DNA of 49,071 nt from a virus. Taxonomy: Duplodnaviria; Caudoviricetes. This document shows positions 45,324 to 49,071 of the stretch, in pieces. The DNA is taken from the IMG/VR virus record IMGVR_UViG_3300016472_000368, positions 1-49,071 of that record; one strand, 5' to 3'. The translations under genes and the position numbers were made by a program. The stretch's first letter is position 1. Each line of letters begins with the position of its first letter. A model generated the notes under the pieces. That model ran no database searches and was not told where the DNA came from. It saw only the letters and a list, made by a program, of their open reading frames with translations.

Positions 45324-46277
45324 TTATCCTATGAAAATTTCGCTAGGCATACTTGTGGCATTATACATTTGTTCTTCAAGGTTTTTAATTTCTTCGATAG
45401 CTTCATCATAAATTTGTTGACCATTTAGTGTGATGCCGCCGGGCATTTGTATACCACCAAACTTTTTGAGGTTGGAACCCCATTGCATTTTGATTTTAGC
45501 AGTAGCATAAGCCTTTAGAAAACGATTATCCCAAACATCAGTGAGACCTGAAACTGTCATTGTAGCTGCAGCATTTGTTGCAGCTGCGGCCGTGGTTAAA
45601 GTAACACTGGTTGGTGAAATAATTTTACTGACTTGTAATGATTCAGAACCAAAAGTTACAAAATCATTTTCTACAATTTCTTGGTCGAACCTTGTGCCTG
45701 TTCCAGTAACCGCTGTGTTGCCGGATGTAAGTGCGGCTGTACCTGTAAGACTAACTGTTTCAGGAATCATTTTACGATAACATTCAACAATTACATAGTC
45801 GCCAACTTCAACATCTCTGGTCCAATCTATATCTAAAAATACTTTGTTTTGTACACGATTAAAACGAAATTGTGGTGTTCCAGAAAAAAGAAGGTTCAAA
45901 GATTGTATGTGTTGCATAGTGATTTCATATGACACATACGAAACTGAAGTGAAATCATATAAATCGTGTAGCCTTAGTTGATACCTAAGGTCAAACATAT
46001 TAATTGAAGAATTGGAATCATCGAAACGAAGGACACCGGTCACAAAAAGTACCGCATCTGGACAATAAATCCAACGGCGATCAATATCAGTTTGTGTGAT
46101 TTGATGTTTCATGAAGAGTTTTTCTGTACCATCATAGTGATAATCATAGAAAAAACTCAGTGCATCATCAATTCTATCATCGATTTGGTCATCATCAACA
46201 TTAATGTCAATGACTGGAAACCCCAACCTTCTAAGGCAGTAATCTCGGAATTGTGTTCTTGTTAATGGAGCGGCCAT
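45324..46277 (-). CDS. 13: Neck protein gp13
   Basis: YCLRRLGFPVIDINV, QWGSNLKKF, PGGITLNG. Confidence 0.95.
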   Translation of the reverse strand: MAAPLTRTQFRDYCLRRLGFPVIDINVDDDQIDDRIDDALSFFYDYHYDGTEKLFMKHQITQTDIDRRWIYCPDAVLFVTGVLRFDDSNSSINMFDLRYQLRLHDLYDFTSVSYVSYEITMQHIQSLNLLFSGTPQFRFNRVQNKVFLDIDWTRDVEVGDYVIVECYRKMIPETVSLTGTAALTSGNTAVTGTGTRFDQEIVENDFVTFGSESLQVSKIISPTSVTLTTAAAATNAAATMTVSGLTDVWDNRFLKAYATAKIKMQWGSNLKKFGGIQMPGGITLNGQQIYDEAIEEIKNLEEQMYNATSMPSEIFIG

Positions 46278-46287
46278 GAGAAATCCT

Positions 46288-46306
46288 TATTTATAGTGTA
46301 TTTATC
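46288..46306 (-). promoter_or_regulatory. Tandem late-promoter motifs GATAAATA and TATAAATA before gp13
   Basis: 46299-46306 and 46288-46295; the second abuts the SD. Confidence 0.65.
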
Positions 46307-46735
46307 TTACAAATGCCTTAGAACTTCTGCCGGTTTGACAAAGGCCTCCTCTCTATATACACATTGTTCCCACCACCAAAATTGTTTTTCTCGTAAATAA
46401 GAACGACTTTTAAGTAAATTTATATTTTCTGGATGGCCAAATATCAAAGGGTCTGATTGGCCAAAAAGCACAATACCTGGTTTACCACAGTCCCAAGCTA
46501 AATGTTGAAAGAAACTATCGACAGAAATCCATGTTCGACATTTGGAAATAAGGTCACGAAGTTCGGGTATCGATAGGTTTTTATGAAATTCTTCTACAAG
46601 TTGTTTTTCATCATTAGTTCCAACTTGAATAATTGGTTCTTTAATTAATTTTATTAATTCTTTCCAATATGGGTAATTTTTAGGGTTGTTTTGACCATTG
46701 CGAAGTGGTTTTGAATATGGAGAAATAATTATCAT
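46307..46735 (-). CDS. GT9 (heptosyltransferase-like, GT-B) C-terminal half
   Basis: PKNYPYWKEL, IIQVG, ISVDSFFQHLAW..GKPGIVLFG. Confidence 0.75.
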   Translation of the reverse strand: MIIISPYSKPLRNGQNNPKNYPYWKELIKLIKEPIIQVGTNDEKQLVEEFHKNLSIPELRDLISKCRTWISVDSFFQHLAWDCGKPGIVLFGQSDPLIFGHPENINLLKSRSYLREKQFWWWEQCVYREEAFVKPAEVLRHL

Positions 46736-47694
46736 GGCACAATATACATCTTTCTAAATGCGTTTTCTAATGAATCTTTCCAGTTCCATTGATCCATTTT
46801 TCTGTAGATGTTAAACTGATCTATATCGCCAAATAATTCTATGGCTTCAGCAATGCTACGGCCTGGCACAATGTTCGGATAACAAGAAAAAATTTCTGGA
46901 TTTTTTATATCTTTTAATACATGAGAAAAAATAATATGATCGCCCATTCCATTATCTAACACAACAATTGTCTTATCTTTAAGTTGTAAAAAGTTTCTAA
47001 AAATCCGATCATCACTATCAAACATTTCTTTTGTATTTGTTCTCACGCCACCGGATTGATTTTTAAGATGCCATATTATAGCATTTGGAACAACAAGTAA
47101 TTTATAGCCTTTTTGTTTTAGTCCAAATGTAAACAAAGTTTCTTCACGAAATGCAGCTCTCGATAATGAAAGGTTGTAATCTTGTATACCTGCACGGTAA
47201 ATAAAAGAGCAATGTAAATGGTCAACTTCTTTAATGTGGCGTATCATATCCCATTGAATACTTTGCTCTTCGATGTCCTCAATTTTTCCGGTTGATTGAA
47301 GCCCTTTAATATAGGGTGGTGTTAAAACTGAACCACCAACTGCACCAACTTTTGAATTTGTATAAGACATTAAAGTTTCTAGGACATTTGATTCAGCCAC
47401 TGTATCATCATCTAACCTCCAAACCCATTCATAACCCATGGTATTGGCCATTTGATGATTATGATGTTGACCTTTTTTAGGACCAAAAACTACTTCCCAC
47501 TTAATATTTTTTTCATCGAGAATTCTAAACAAATATTGATAATGTTGTATACCTCTTAAATCTTTAGGTTCATCGTTATCATCAAACAATACTAATTTAT
47601 CAGGTAAAAGAGATTGTATAATGACTGACTGGATCGCCATTGGTAGTGTCGTATCGTATCTACCTTTGGTGGAAATAGAACACAATATACTCAC
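46732..47694 (-). CDS. GT2-like glycosyltransferase with a C-terminal GT9 N-half-like segment
   Basis: LVLFDD, WRLDDD, FREET, IWHL; tail VLDNGMGDHII. Confidence 0.75.
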   Translation of the reverse strand: MSILCSISTKGRYDTTLPMAIQSVIIQSLLPDKLVLFDDNDEPKDLRGIQHYQYLFRILDEKNIKWEVVFGPKKGQHHNHQMANTMGYEWVWRLDDDTVAESNVLETLMSYTNSKVGAVGGSVLTPPYIKGLQSTGKIEDIEEQSIQWDMIRHIKEVDHLHCSFIYRAGIQDYNLSLSRAAFREETLFTFGLKQKGYKLLVVPNAIIWHLKNQSGGVRTNTKEMFDSDDRIFRNFLQLKDKTIVVLDNGMGDHIIFSHVLKDIKNPEIFSCYPNIVPGRSIAEAIELFGDIDQFNIYRKMDQWNWKDSLENAFRKMYIVP

Positions 47695-49071
47695 TTGAAA
47701 GCCTCAACTGTTAAAAATAAATGATGTGTTTCGTTCATTACATACTTAGACGCTGGTCGAACACGGTTTACAATTTTAAACCCTGCCCATCCAAGATTCG
47801 TTCTAAGTTGTGTTTCGGTAAATAAAAACTTATGTGTTTGCCCTGGAATCCAAGCATGAGCAAAAAAATGGCCATACAATAAAATTCTCCATTGTTCTAT
47901 GTCATAACCTGGTATTGGACTGCCTTCGACAAAAGATCGGCAAGTTTCTAAAAAATCTGGCGTTTCGAGGTATAATTTTCCACCAGGTTTTAATACACGA
48001 TGCCATTCTTTGAGAACTTCTTGTATTTCAAAAAAGTGAAAGTGTTCAATAATGTGGAAGGCCTTGATTTCGTCAATGGAATTATCATCATAGGGTAATT
48101 TCTGAACATCAAAACGAACATCACATTTAGCATCTTTGGGAGCATACAAATCAATATTGATATAATCTTCATCATAATCGTGGCCACAAGCCAAATGTAA
48201 TTTAAGTTGTGGTAATTGTTGGTGTTTCTGCCAAAATAATGGCATTTTTTCACCACCTTTTGAAGCTTGTGACCCATCACGAACCAAATAGCGAGTAGTT
48301 ATTTCTTCATCTTTATAAAATTTATACCCTCTTGCATCTAATCTAACCCACATATCCCATTCTTCAACACCGTTTAAATTGTTATCGAATTTTTCATAAA
48401 GAAAACAACGAGCATTACAAACTACACTTGAAACCCAAATAAAATTATTGTGTCTTAGTTGTTTACCAATAAAAATATGAGGCACAGGAATATTATATGG
48501 AAAAACAATCTGACCATCTTCAGTTACAAATTGTGGAGTTGAATAAACAATGTCACAATTTTTAGTTCTTAAATCATCAAGTGCTCTTTGTAAATGATTT
48601 GGAAACCAAACATCATCTGAATCTAAAAAGGCCAAATAATTACAACCATCAGCAATCGCTGCGGTGATTGCTTGATTTCTTGCGTGAGCTTGGCCTTTGT
48701 TTTCAAGACCTTTCATATAAAAAATTGATCGATTGTTCGTGGCATAATCACGAATAGCTTCCGCAAGGTTATCAGTTGAACAATCATCATAAACATAATG
48801 AATTACATCACCTAAATTTTGAGTTTTAACTGAATTGATTGCGTGAAATAAATGTTCGGTGTCATTGTAAACTGGAGTAATCACACCAATTTTTGGATGT
48901 TTCATAATTTTTTCTCTTTTCCATTCTTCATTATGTTTTGTGGCCACTTTCAAAGCGTTCTTTAAAAATACAGAACTCCAATTTGGCACTAAAGATTCAT
49001 CATGTACTGTACCTTCACCAAAATGATATATGGGAAAAGAACCAGTAAAATATTTTCGGTCAAGCTTTATT
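47691..49071 (-). CDS. Multidomain glycosyltransferase (GT2) plus class I SAM methyltransferase, 5'-truncated by the window edge
   Basis: Frame is open to the edge (...FPIYHFGEGT... end of an upstream GT-like domain); VITPVYN, YDDCSTD, AFLDSDD, EEWDMW; LHLACG..YINID, HIIEHF, RVLKPGG. Confidence 0.85.
   Translation of the reverse strand, partial: IKLDRKYFTGSFPIYHFGEGTVHDESLVPNWSSVFLKNALKVATKHNEEWKREKIMKHPKIGVITPVYNDTEHLFHAINSVKTQNLGDVIHYVYDDCSTDNLAEAIRDYATNNRSIFYMKGLENKGQAHARNQAITAAIADGCNYLAFLDSDDVWFPNHLQRALDDLRTKNCDIVYSTPQFVTEDGQIVFPYNIPVPHIFIGKQLRHNNFIWVSSVVCNARCFLYEKFDNNLNGVEEWDMWVRLDARGYKFYKDEEITTRYLVRDGSQASKGGEKMPLFWQKHQQLPQLKLHLACGHDYDEDYINIDLYAPKDAKCDVRFDVQKLPYDDNSIDEIKAFHIIEHFHFFEIQEVLKEWHRVLKPGGKLYLETPDFLETCRSFVEGSPIPGYDIEQWRILLYGHFFAHAWIPGQTHKFLFTETQLRTNLGWAGFKIVNRVRPASKYVMNETHHLFLTVEAFK

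Noticed and set aside
338-45780. Numerous plus-strand ORFs of 60-170 aa in the ORF track
   Set aside because: All are antisense shadows of well-recognised minus-strand genes, with no motifs or ribosome-binding sites
1-49071. Stop-codon reassignment, CRISPR array or integrase/att site
   Set aside because: Core genes are full length in the standard code with TAA, TGA and TAG all used as stops; no repeat-spacer array or recombinase seen

Overview
A 49-kb piece of a large T4-like (Tevenvirinae-related, cyanophage/pelagiphage-type core) myovirus genome, with essentially every real gene on the minus strand. Read in transcription direction (high to low coordinate) it contains: a glycosyltransferase cluster; neck, terminase, tail and head genes (gp13-14-15-16-[Dps]-17-18-19-20-67-68-21-22-23-gp3); uvsY-uvsW-gp55-gp47-gp46; peptide deformylase; an accessory block (DUF4338/DruA-like protein, tRNA-like RNA, CobT/CobS-like pair, DUF262-HNH nuclease, wHTH protein, GT-A); the replisome (gp45-44-62-regA-hsp20-gp43-uvsX-gp41); a second DUF4338/DruA-like gene; and a late operon ending in iscA/erpA and a truncated iscU, which suggests a beta/gamma-proteobacterial host. 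Highlights: (1) a 65-nt tRNA-Gly-like RNA with a shrunken D-arm and its own late-promoter motif directly behind a Mom-like/DUF4338 gene, a candidate dedicated glycyl donor for DNA hypermodification; (2) a terminase fractured by an atypically split intein (38-aa IntN, 106-aa IntC) with a GIY-YIG-like endonuclease between the halves, whose leader is bracketed by convergent late promoters; (3) a mini-intein in the helicase P-loop; (4) DNA polymerase substitutions in motifs A and B; (5) several cis-RNA structures (H-type pseudoknot, ROSE-like thermometer, terminator/promoter fusions). All family assignments come from motif recognition by eye; no database search was run.
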